Notes under the pieces: generated by a model | Databases searched by the model: none | Seen by the model: the letters and a program-made list of their open reading frames with translations, nothing else | Told to the model about the DNA's origin: nothing | Part shown: piece by piece, positions 48,230-64,000 of the stretch | Numbering within the stretch: position 1 is the stretch's first letter | Layout: each line of letters opens with the position of its first letter | Assembly (NCBI RefSeq): GCF_009914755.1 | Contig: NC_060944.1 | From: the human T2T-CHM13v2.0 reference genome, Homo sapiens | Strand: one strand, 5' to 3' | DNA length: 64,000 bases | Program-made: the position numbers and the translations under genes

Positions 48230-49450
48230 AAAGAAAAGGAAACTTCTTCAATGCCTGGCTCCTTAAATTCCTGCTCTTTCTTTCTTCTTCCTCCCTTTTA
48301 TCCTATGCAGAGGTAGAGTTTGTGTGTTTTCTTTTTTTCAAACCCGTCCTTGAAAGGAACTCATTTGCATTATGTCCTGGTGTGGAGTGTTGTACTGTGA
48401 CTTCCTGTGATCTCTGCAGTCTGTCTTCACCTCAGGCCCAATTAATCTGGACCTCAGCACTCCTTCACTTTCCTCAAAAAATAAATAAATAAATAAGAAA
48501 AAAAAGAAAAAAGAAAAATTCACCTGTGCCAAATATGGTAGAGAAAAATAGGACATTTCCTCAATCTTCCAAAATGAAAATGCAGCAGTGTCCACATTTT
48601 CTTCCTATCCCTCATCAGCAATTTGCTCCAGACCCCACTCTGTTGCAGTTCCTCAAGGTCCCCACCTAGCCAAAGCCAATAGCTCCCCTCCCCACCTTCA
48701 CCAGTCTCCCTTTGGCCTCTATTATGCTAACACTCCAAGCACTTATTAAAGGACATTTCCTGGTAAAGGACATCTGATTACCCACCCACATCATAGTAAG
48801 AAAGCAGGCAAGGGAAGGTTTGGGTGAGCTAATACAAAACAACTTCCTTTTACTTGGTAGGAAAATTACTTCTGCCAGTAATTTGTGATCTGAAGATTCT
48901 TTCGCTTCTAGGTCTAAATAATTGTGTAAACTCCATTTGTTTCATTTGAAATGTGGCTGTCATTTCCCGTCAGGAGGAAAACAAGAGAAACTACTAATAT
49001 ACGTTCATCCTCTGATCACCTGTCAGCCTCACAGGAACACGCATCTCACAATTTGTCCCTGCCCAGGCACTTCATCTTCAAACAGAAACTGCATCTTAAT
49101 TATAGGCTTTAATGGGCTGTTTCACTCCAGGATCAATATGTCTGACAAAAACCAGGCTTCGCTAAAAGCTCATTAATTCACATCCGACTAATTCAGGATT
49201 TGTGATGATTTTGGCAGGGACCACGCTGAAGTTTTGCCTCTTATACTGCTGCTTACAAAGGCTTAGCTTGGCCAATTAATTAGGGAGAACAGAATTGCCA
49301 GGGAAGTATTTACAGAACACCAGTTTGCACAGAGATACAGCCTGTTTGTAGCTTCCAGACTGTTCAGCTCTTACCAGGCAACCTGATTTAACAATCATTT
49401 TTTATTAGCACTCTGGACATAGAAGCTGAAAAGTGTACTGTCTCAAAAAG

Positions 49451-49927
49451 TGTCTGCAGATGCACCATGTTGGCTCCCTGTGGCCCATGCCTTCGGTACC
49501 TTATATCCATTACTTGTTTTACCTCTCATTGCAGCTGCAGCTGAGGTGGATGTTTCTATGTGGGGTCAGAGTCATTTCTACGGGCAACATCCAATCCCCA
49601 ACAAGGAATGTGAGCATCTCCTTGTTCTTTATCTCAGGACCTCCTCTGAACCCACAGGAAAAACAAGCTAGAAGTGCAGAGGGTTAATCTCTTCAGAGAA
49701 TAATGTTCTACCAAGGGGAACTGATGTCAGTATTGGTGAACACCTTGCAAGTTATTCTCCAAGCTTTTCAGAAGTCCATGGCCAATAGCCGTGACTGTGA
49801 TAACGTGCACTCTTTTGGCTTCCCCTGCTTTCCTGAGTTACCGCTTCACTTCACGGTATTGCTTCCCAAATAAACTATCTACCCCTAAGAGTCACACTCG
49901 GCTTTCAGGGGAACCCAAACTAAGGCA
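49451..49927 (+). mobile_element. LTR33-like ERVL LTR
   Basis: 'tagaagtgcagagggttaa' and end 'cccaaataaactatct...ggggaacccaaactaaggca'. Confidence 0.7.
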
Positions 49928-50584
49928 CTCACTCCTCCAAACTTTTGTATGAATGAATGTACGTATTTGAGATGCTCTCTCATTTCTTCACCCACTTGTT
50001 TTTTGATAAATGTATTCGTTTCTTGGGCTTTTTGGGCTTAGGACCATCTTTTGGTAGTAATGTCAAACAAGCAATATCTGTCTTCATTATTTTCCTTTTC
50101 TACCCTTACAGAACTCTTTCTCTTTTTGCTAATGTCTTTTTCTTGGGTTCTTACAGTCCCCTCTACATCCCTCTACCCAGTTTCAATCTGTCCCTGTTAA
50201 TCTCATTTCTCTGCCTCCTTCGTTTCTCCAATATCCACATAAATTATTCCTCCCCTGACTTTATTCCCTGTCCAGTGTTCCGTTTCTTAGTAATGTAACC
50301 TCTACTGACTAATGTGGTAGATGGATCCATGTCAAATGACTTGCGTGTGTTTATGTTACTCTGAGAAGGTAAGAAGTATGTGGTTATCCGGGGCCTTCTA
50401 AGCAACTGAGCCTCCCCATGATTGCCCAAATCATGTCTAGATTTGATATCCCAACTATTCCTGTCTTCTTGAACCTACATTGTCTTAGCATTTAGGACAT
50501 AAACACCATTTTTTTTTTCCCCCTGAGCTCCTCGGGTCTTCCTGCTTCATCTTTTTGGTCTCCTCTTCTTCCCATGCTTTAATT

Positions 50585-51050
<466 letters not shown>

Positions 51051-51182
51051 AATTGATGGTGGTTTCTTAGGTTTGCAGACCTGTTTCTCGTCCTCAATTT
51101 CTACATTCTTCAGAGAAATGTCTCTGTCCTTATAGCTCCAGATACCGTCCATAAACTGATGACTGCAAGAACTTATTCCCAA

Positions 51183-51514
<332 letters not shown>

Positions 51515-51873
51515 CTATTCCATGCTTATGTTAATTTGTACAACTGGTAAACTGCCCACATGACATTTATATTTGGAAATCTCACAGATGAACCCAAATC
51601 AAGATAAGGAAATGTGATTACTTCAGTGAGGCTGTTGCTGGTTGGGTTAGCCTGGATACCTTTCAGAAGCATGTTCACAGGAGTGAAGCTGTTGCTGACA
51701 GGCTAGCCTGGATATTGATGTCAATGGAGATCAGTTGAAAACTGATACAGGTAGTTATGGTTGCTATAGTCAAAGAATAATTGGTCATATTCTTTCTTAA
51801 ATTTGGAGTCTAAGAACTTTTTATTCCCCCAAATTAATAACTCCATTAATACTTAGTCCCACAAAAAATACTT

Positions 51874-52307
51874 TGTGGTAGATATTGTGGTACTTTTCCG
51901 GATCCCCTGTTCAGAGTAAACACAACCATTCCCCTAACACTGGGAGTATGTATCTGCAGCTGCAGCCCTTACTAGGAATTGTCCTAGGTTGTAGGAAATG
52001 TATTTTTTCAAAGGTATGTCCTTCACAGGGGGTAGACTAAGGCCAATGATGGGCCGATATGGGAACAGAGGTCTAGCTCCCTTATTTCAATATGAGATAA
52101 ATCTGAAGGTCTCATTTGAGTTTCAGAGCTCCCATAGAACTAGCTGAGGCCTCAGTAGCAACCACACTGTGGATCAGATTCTCTCTATATCCAGTACTGC
52201 CTTCCTCACTTCCCCACAGATGTATCTCCTGAGAGCATTCCTGTACACAACTCCTGCAGGCAAAGCTTTATCTCAGAGCCCATTCCTAGAGTATACAACT
52301 TAAGACA
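51874..52307 (+). mobile_element. LTR16-like ERVL solo LTR
   Basis: tgtggtagatattgtgg...gatcccc start; 'cagagctcccatagaactagctgaggcctc'; end 'tctcagag...caacttaagaca'. Confidence 0.75.
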
Positions 52308-52309
52308 CC

Positions 52310-52640
52310 ACTGCTTCTCCATGACTCCCCCTCTTACTGAATGCACCAATACTATCCTGTTGCCCCAGTCAGACAACAGGGAATCATTTCTTTTTACTTT
52401 TCTCTCCTCATTTTAGCTCACATACGAGGATGACAACATCGCATTTATTCTTCCTTTCTATCCTTATGATCATTGCCCTAGCTGAAGCTTTCATTCGTCT
52501 CTTACCTGGATAACTGCAACAGCCTCCTGACTTGTTTTCTCACTGCAACTAAAATAATATTTCTAAATTTAAAAAAGCTCATATTATTTACAATTCTTCT
52601 GTAACCTCCTATTCCCTCAGCATAAAATCTACACTTTTGA
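52310..52640 (+). mobile_element. L2 fragment (other pieces at ~50300-50580 and ~51050-51600)
   Basis: 'tctcttacctggataactgcaacagcctcctgact'. Confidence 0.65.
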
Positions 52641-53954
52641 AGGTACTGCATAACACCATTTGGTTCACTCAGCACTGGGCTTACGTGTCCCAGAGGAATC
52701 ATTTCATTGTGTTGCCACAAGTTATCAAATTGTCTCCATACATAAAAGTGGCCTTTTGGATGCCAGGGATATATTTTTGTCTCTCAGTATCCTTCTAGCC
52801 TTGTTCAAAGTGTGGCCTCTTGTGGGAACCTGAATGAAACTTCCCTGCAGACATCTACTCAATTCTCCTAAGTAAGTCATTTCTCTCATCCCACCCATTC
52901 TAAATTCAGGGAATGAAATGAGATCACTGTTTGCTTATGTATCTAAACTGTCACTTATGTTTACTTCTTAAGAACAACCATTTAAACTTGAGGGCACGAT
53001 GATCCATCAGGAATTTGCTGGGGTGGCTGGTCAGCCAGGATTTACAGCACTCTGCTGATGGGATTTTTTTATGCACCCTGTAAATTTTAGTTATCGCTAC
53101 ACTTGTTTGTGGTCAGCATGGACAAGGCTGGCTCCTTTTTGTAATTTCATAAGCACAATAAAGTCATAAATTTCAAGCTGCCTTTTTCTTTTCCTGATTT
53201 TTTTTTCTTTCCAGTAGCCTATTGCCTGAAGCACAATGGACTTTCAAAGGAAAATGTCAGCATTAATAGACAGCTACTCTAAATGAGCCAGGTAGTGCTG
53301 CTTCAAGGTTATTTGAAGGTCATCCCTACCTTATAACTGAAGACCTCAGATTGGAAAAGTGTGAGGATTTTCTCTGTGAACAAGTAACCAAACCATTTCA
53401 GAGCTGAAGGATAAGCATACGGATGATTATCCAAAAGTTAGTGCCATTCTCATGCCTCTACCAGATGGTGACTAGTCTTTGGAAAAACTGTACAAATAGT
53501 TTTGACGTGACAGAAATTTTCTCAGGCTTTCTGGATAATAGTAGCCTTCTTTTACTTCAGTACTGTGTAAATTTATCCCAACAACATAGTTTATGCTCAC
53601 CCAAAATATTATTCTCAAAGATTGGAATGGTTTCTATAATAAACTTAATTACAATAGTTGTAGATTTATAGAAAAATTGAGAAAAAATACAAAAAGTTAT
53701 CATATATACGATACCCAGCTTCTCTTGTTATTTAACTTCTTAAATATTGGTATGATATATTTGTTATGCATAATTAGCCAATGTTATCTAAAGATCCTGA
53801 TTTATTAATATTTCTTTAGTTGTTTTGTTTTTGTTGTAGGTGGTGTTTTCTGGTTTTGTTTTGTTTTCTTTCTTTTGTCCATTTTGATGACCTGGGAAGT
53901 TTTGAGGAGTACTGGTTGGGTATTTTGTAGAATATTCTCAATTAGGATTTGTCT

Positions 53955-53991
<37 letters not shown>

Positions 53992-54310
53992 TCATATTTG
54001 ACTGGCTGTGTAGGAGGAAGACCACAGGAATGAAGTGTTATTCTCATCACATCATATCAAAAGTACATATACTACACGTAATCACTATTGATGTTAACAC
54101 TGAACACCTGGCTGAGATAGCATTTGTCAAGTTTTTTCAATGAAAGGTTACTCCTTTCTCTTCCTTTCCATACTATATTCTTTGGAAGGGAATCATGTGC
54201 AACTCATACATAAGGAGAAGAGAATTATGCCCCATCTCTTTGATGGCCAAGTAGCTATACAAATTTTTTGAAATTCTTCTGCATGGGAGATATTCCTATT
54301 GTTACCCACT

Positions 54311-54470
54311 TATTTTTTATTCAACAATTTATTTATATCAATATGGACTCCTCTATGTGATACTGTAAGCAGATCTTATACTTTTGGTTATATTTTTTAT
54401 TCAACAATTTATTTATATCAATATGGACTCCTCTATGTGATACTGTAAGCAGATCTTATACTTTTGGTTA
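54311..54470 (+). repeat. Perfect 80-bp tandem duplication
   Basis: 54311-54390 is identical to 54391-54470. Confidence 0.98.
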
Positions 54471-57400
54471 TAATCGAATACCACTTATTCCTTATTTTAT
54501 TACTCAGATTGTTTCAGACATGGCCACTGGGCTCAGTTGGCCCCTTTTCTTTTTAACATATTTCCATTACTGTGGGTTTGTTTGTTTGAGCACATCTTTA
54601 CTTTCTGACCCTGCAAGATTCTCCAGGCTTATTTCCTGTCATAATCTTAGAATCAGCCATTTCTCTAAATATCCCTTGTTCCTTTTAAAGGAGGATGATA
54701 TTAGAAACTTAGATTTGAATATTAGATGTGCTTGTTGCTATCGGAATATTATTTCTTCTAGGACCTCTTTACTAACAGAAGGAGGAAATATATGTGTATA
54801 TAATAACCTGTGTACATACATATATAGATAGTTATTCCTATGTGCAACCATCTGTACCTATATTAAGCTAAACATGAGTTTATACTAATATTCCACTGTA
54901 TGGATATACAACCATTCGTTTTTGTATTCACCTGTTGAAGAAAATCTTGGTTTTATCTAGTTGTAGGAAATTATAAATAAAGCTGCTTTAAGCATTCATA
55001 TGTAGGTTTTTGTGAGAACATAAGTTTTCCAATCAGATAGGTAATTAACTAAAAGAACAATTGCTAGGTTATTGTAAGATTATGCTTAGTTTTGCTAGAA
55101 ACTGTTAGTTTGTCTTCCAAATGGCTATCCCATTTTCATTCTCCCTGGCAATGATGAGAGTTCTTAATGCCCTATAACCTTGCCAGCAATTAGTAATGTC
55201 AATTTTTTGGGTTGTGATCATCCTAATTGGCTTGTAGCAGTATCTCATTGTTATTTTCATTAGAAATTCCTTAATGATAAATAATGTTGAACATTTTTAC
55301 ATATGCTTATTTGCAATTTGTATGTCTTCTTTGGTGAAGTGTTTGTTCAGATCTTTTCCCATTTTTAATTGGGTTGTTTTTTATGTTGAGTTCTAAAAGT
55401 TCTTTGTGTATTTTGGATAGTCTTTTATCAGGTATCTTTTGCAAATATTTTCTCCAGTCTGTTACTTGTCTTTTTGTTTTCTTAAGAAAGTCTTTCACAG
55501 ATCAGAAGTGTTTAATTTTAATAAAGTCCAATTTAACATTTTTTTCCTTTCATGCATCATGCTTTTGATGTTGTATCTAAAAACTCATCACTGAACCCAA
55601 GATCATTATTTTTTTCCTCCAGAAGTTGTATAGTTTTCCATTTTGCATTTAATTCTGTGATTTATTTTTGTAACAACTGCTTGAGATACAATTAACATTG
55701 CATACAATTTGCCCATTTGAAGTGTACAATTAAAGGCTGCCAGTATATTGATGGAGCTGTGCAACCACCACCACAGTAAATTGTAGAACATCATCATCAC
55801 CCCAGAAACAAAATTACCCAATTTCCCCCACCTACTGCTCCTAGCTTTAGGCAATCACTAATGTGTTCTTTGTCTCTATGGATTTCTCTATTCTGAATAT
55901 TTCAAATAAATGGAATCATAGAACATGTATTTTTTGAACTGGCTTCTTTCACTTAGCATAATGTTTTCAAGATTTATCTGTGGTGTACAATGATAGGTAC
56001 TTTATTTTTTATAGCTAGTGTTCCGTTACATGAATATATCACATTTTGTGTATCCATTCATCACTCCATAGGCATTTGTATTGTTTCTGTCTTTTAGCGG
56101 TCATTAAAAATGCTACTATGAGTCTTTGTGTATAAATTTCTGAGTGAAAATATGTCTTCATTTCTCTTAGTTCTATACCTAAAAGTATAATTGCTGGTTT
56201 TTATAGTAACTTTGTATTTAAGTTTTGAGAAAGTTCAAGATTTTTTTCCAAAGTTGCTTCACCATTTTACAGTCCCATCAGGAGTATATGATGGTTCTGA
56301 TTTCTCCACATCCTTGCCAACATGTATTAGTTGGCTTTTTTAGTATGGCCATCCTAGTAAGTTTGAAGTGGGTTTCAAATGGTATTTCACTGTGGTTTTA
56401 ATTTGCATTTCTATGATTACTAATGACACTGAGCATCTTTTCATGTGTCTACTGGCCATTTGTACATATTTTTGGAGAAATGTCTTTCCCTAATTTTTAT
56501 TTCCATTATTTGTCTATTATTGAGTTACAAGTATTCTTTATAAATTCGAAATATAAACCCCATATTAGGTATACAATTTAAGAATTCTTCCATTTTATCT
56601 GTTATGTTTTTACTTTCTTTATATTTGTTTTTGAAGAACAAGAGTTTTTAAATGTGATGAAATCCAGTTTGTCTACTCTTTTTCCTTTCTTGCTTGTGCT
56701 TTGGATTTTATATACGAAAACTTATTGCCATATCCAAGGTCACAGGAAGATTACATCTGTGTGTTTTTTCTAAGAGTTTTACAGTGCTAACTCCTTGGTC
56801 TTGGATCCATTTTGCATTAATTTTTGTGTAGGTGTAAAGTAGGGGTCCATCTTTATTTTTTGCATGTATATATCTAAGTGTTTTATAATTATTTGTTGAA
56901 AAGACTATTTTCCCCATTGAATGGTCTTGACATCCTTGCTAAAATCAGTTAGCCATAGATATATGGGTTTATCTCTGAACTCTCAATTCAACTGATTTAT
57001 ATGCCTATCCATACGCCAATACCACACTGTCTTAATTATTTTTGTTGTCTAGTAAATTTTGAAATTGGAAATTTTAAGGCTTTTGAATTTATTCTTAAGA
57101 TTACTTTTGCGATTCTGGGTTCCTTTTGTTCCCATATAAATTGTAGTGTATGAGCCATTTTGAGTTAATTTATGTGAAAGGTGCAAGGTGTTTATGTTCA
57201 TTTTTTGCATAAGAATGTCCAATTTTCCCAGCATCATTTGTTGAAAGGTTATCTTTTCTTAAGTGCCTTGCTCTTTTATCAAAGATCAGCTCAGTATATT
57301 TGTGAATCTATTTGTAGGTTCTTTGTTCTGTTGCATTGCTGTGTCTATTCTTTTGCCCTTATCTTGCTAAAAGTATTAATTACTGTAACTTTATATTGCT

Positions 57401-57646
57401 TTAAATAAAAATAAATAGTGGGAGTCTTCAACTTTGTTTTTCTTCTTCAGTATTGTGTTGGCTATAATTAGAATTTTACTTTTCCATATAAACTTTAGAA
57501 TCAGTTTACTGATAAATACACAATAACTTTTGATTGGCTATGTATTGAATCTATAGATCACGTTAGAAAAGACTGACATCTTAACCATCGGGAATCTTCT
57601 AATTCATGAACATGGAGTATCTCTTCTTTGGTTTCTTTCATTATAG

Positions 57647-57995
<349 letters not shown>

Positions 57996-58839
57996 CATAT
58001 TTTGTTAGATTTATACCTAAATCTTTTGAAGTTATTCTAAAGGTATTTTTAAAATTTTTAAATTGTAATAGTTTATTGATCGCAGGTAGTAAAGCAATTC
58101 ACTTTACTCTATTAGCCCTGTAAATGCAAGCTTGCAAACAAATACACTTTTATTTCTTCTTTCTCATTTTATATACCTTATATTTCCTTTTCTTATCATA
58201 CTGCACTAGCTAGAAATTTCAGTACAATGCTGAATAGAAAATATAATATAGGAAATCTCTGCCTTGTTCCCAATATTATAAAAAAGCATCCAGTTTCTCA
58301 AAATTAAGTATCATGTTAATTGTAGATTTTATTGCAGTTTTTTTTAATCAAGTTGAGAAAGTTCACTTCTATTCCTAATTTGCTGCATGGGCAGTGTATC
58401 TAACTGATAAAGGAGTATATCCAATTGCTTCCTCCTCTCTCTTAAAATATTGCTGTCATTCATTTCACTTATCCAGAGTTATAATTACCCAATATATAGT
58501 TGCTATTATTATTTTGAACAAATAGATATCTGTTTGATCAATTAAGAATAAGAAGTGAAAATATTTATTTTACCTTCATTTATTTCTTCTCTAACACTTT
58601 TTTTCTTTATGTAGATTCAAAATTCTGTTACCATTTGCTTTCTCTCTGAAGAACTTCTTTAAATATGTCTTGCGAAGGCGATCTATTTTGACAAATTCCC
58701 CCAATATTTATTAGTCTGAGAAAGCTTTACTCCTTCTGCAGTTTGGAAGAGTAATTTCACTGGGTACAATAGACCCTCACTCAAATCTATTGAAGCTTTT
58801 TTTTTTTTAAATGAGTACCAGAGACTTTAAGATCTCATA

Positions 58840-62451
<3,612 letters not shown>

Positions 62452-62719
62452 AAGATCTCATAGTAAATGTATTTTCCTTTCTGAATCTTGGGCACAAAAT
62501 TGCTTTGGATATTTTTTCTAACTATTCAGCTGACAAATACTGTGCTTACAAAACATTTATTAAGTGTTTTTAGTCTTTAGTCACTATACAATGCATAAAA
62601 TCAAATACAAAGTGAGGGAGAAAACTTTTTGGTTATGTATATTAACTGCTGGTCAGTAACCAAAAGATTATTTTGAAATCCAAAAGAGAGATTGATCATT
62701 ATTATTATTTTTTTGAAAA

Positions 62720-63633
62720 TGTTGCCACATCAAAGAAAATATACAGAATTGCAGGATTGGAAATGAGAACTGAAACCAAGATAGCTTCCTATTTCTGAGT
62801 TAAACAACACTAAGAATGGGGATATTTTTCTATCTCTATGTTAAATACTACTAAAAACAATCAAAATAACATAGCTACTTGCTCCAGAAAATTATTCTTC
62901 CAGGAAGGCTGCAAACAACTGAAATCACTTAAATATTATGACCAATAGCATGTTTACCAAGTCTTTTTTCAAGAGCCTTACCAGTTTTGCTCAGTAATCC
63001 AAAGCTATTATGTCACAAACTCTGCCCAGTCACAAACAGTTCTTCACGTTCCCACTTTAAGTCCACCAGTCCTAGTCATAAAACCCTCTACAGATCCTCT
63101 TTCTACTTCTCCCTACTGAGACATCACCAAGACCTAGGAAGGTGGTGATATAGTTTGGATGTCGGCCCCCTCTAAATCTCATGTCGAAATGTGATCCTTA
63201 ATGTTGGAGGTGGGGCCTGGTGGGAGGTGTTTGGGTTTTGGGGCTTGATGCCTATCCTATGGTAATGAATGAGTTCTTGCTCTATTAGTTTACTAGCGAG
63301 CTGGTTGTTTAAAAGAGCCTGGCATCTCTCTCTTGCTCCCTCTCTCACCACGTGACATGCCTACTCCCCCTTCACTTCCACCATGAGTAAAAGCTTCCTC
63401 AGGTCCTCACCAGAAGCAGTTGCTAGTGCCATGCTTCTTGTACAGCCTGTGGAATCATGATCCAAATAAACCTCTCTTCTTTATAAGTTACCCAGTCTCA
63501 GATATTCCTTTATAGCAACACAAAACAGACTAACACAGGAGGCACTCTACTTCACTGAAATAAATCTAACAATCTTAGCTTTGTTTGATCAGTAGGTATA
63601 TTTAAATATCTTTTGGGCAATTGATAATTGACA
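62720..63633 (+). mobile_element. Old ERV1-type LTR (MER110-like) split by the MST LTR
   Basis: 'aatccaaagctattatgtcacaaactctgccc', 'ctactgagac...aaggtgg' resuming as 'cactctacttcactgaaataaa...agctttgtttgatca...ttgaca'. Confidence 0.55.
63146..63537 (+). mobile_element. MSTB-like MaLR solo LTR
   Basis: tgatatagtttggatgt...cagactaacaca; AATAAA; TSD ggtgg/ggagg. Confidence 0.88.
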
Positions 63634-63740
63634 AAAGAAGTTGAAAAGGGAACTGAATGTAGCACTTTTAAAGGCCTGTAGTATAGTTTACATTGTAGAG
63701 TCTACTATTGCTCTTGGATTTTTTTTTAAATGTATGCCTA

Positions 63741-64000
<260 letters not shown>

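Overview
This window is AT-rich primate (most likely human) intronic or intergenic DNA dominated by transposable elements. I found no host protein-coding exon, RNA gene or CRISPR-like array. All long ORFs in the track come from L1, Alu or THE1. Main elements: a full-length L1PA2-type LINE-1 (24386-30430, minus) with broken ORF1/ORF2 but an intact antisense ORF0, and 122 bp away a complete THE1 MaLR element (two LTRs, perfect 5-bp TSD) carrying an AluYa5-type insertion. There are also two large 5'-truncated L1PA copies, two L1s with 5' inversions (twin priming), ten Alus, many solo LTRs (THE1D, MLT1, MST, MER61-like, LTR16, LTR33, MER110-like), and old L2/MIR/L1M/hAT fragments. Most notable observations: the co-oriented L1 antisense promoter/ORF0 -> THE1 arrangement; a 26-bp micro-inversion that truncates L1 ORF2; an unexplained ~100-bp fold-back palindrome at 41159-41261; repeated reuse of one L1 endonuclease site; an odd L1 5' junction; and several perfect tandem duplications. 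Subfamily names come from my recall of consensus sequences, not from a database search. The sequence alone does not demonstrate a new biological system.
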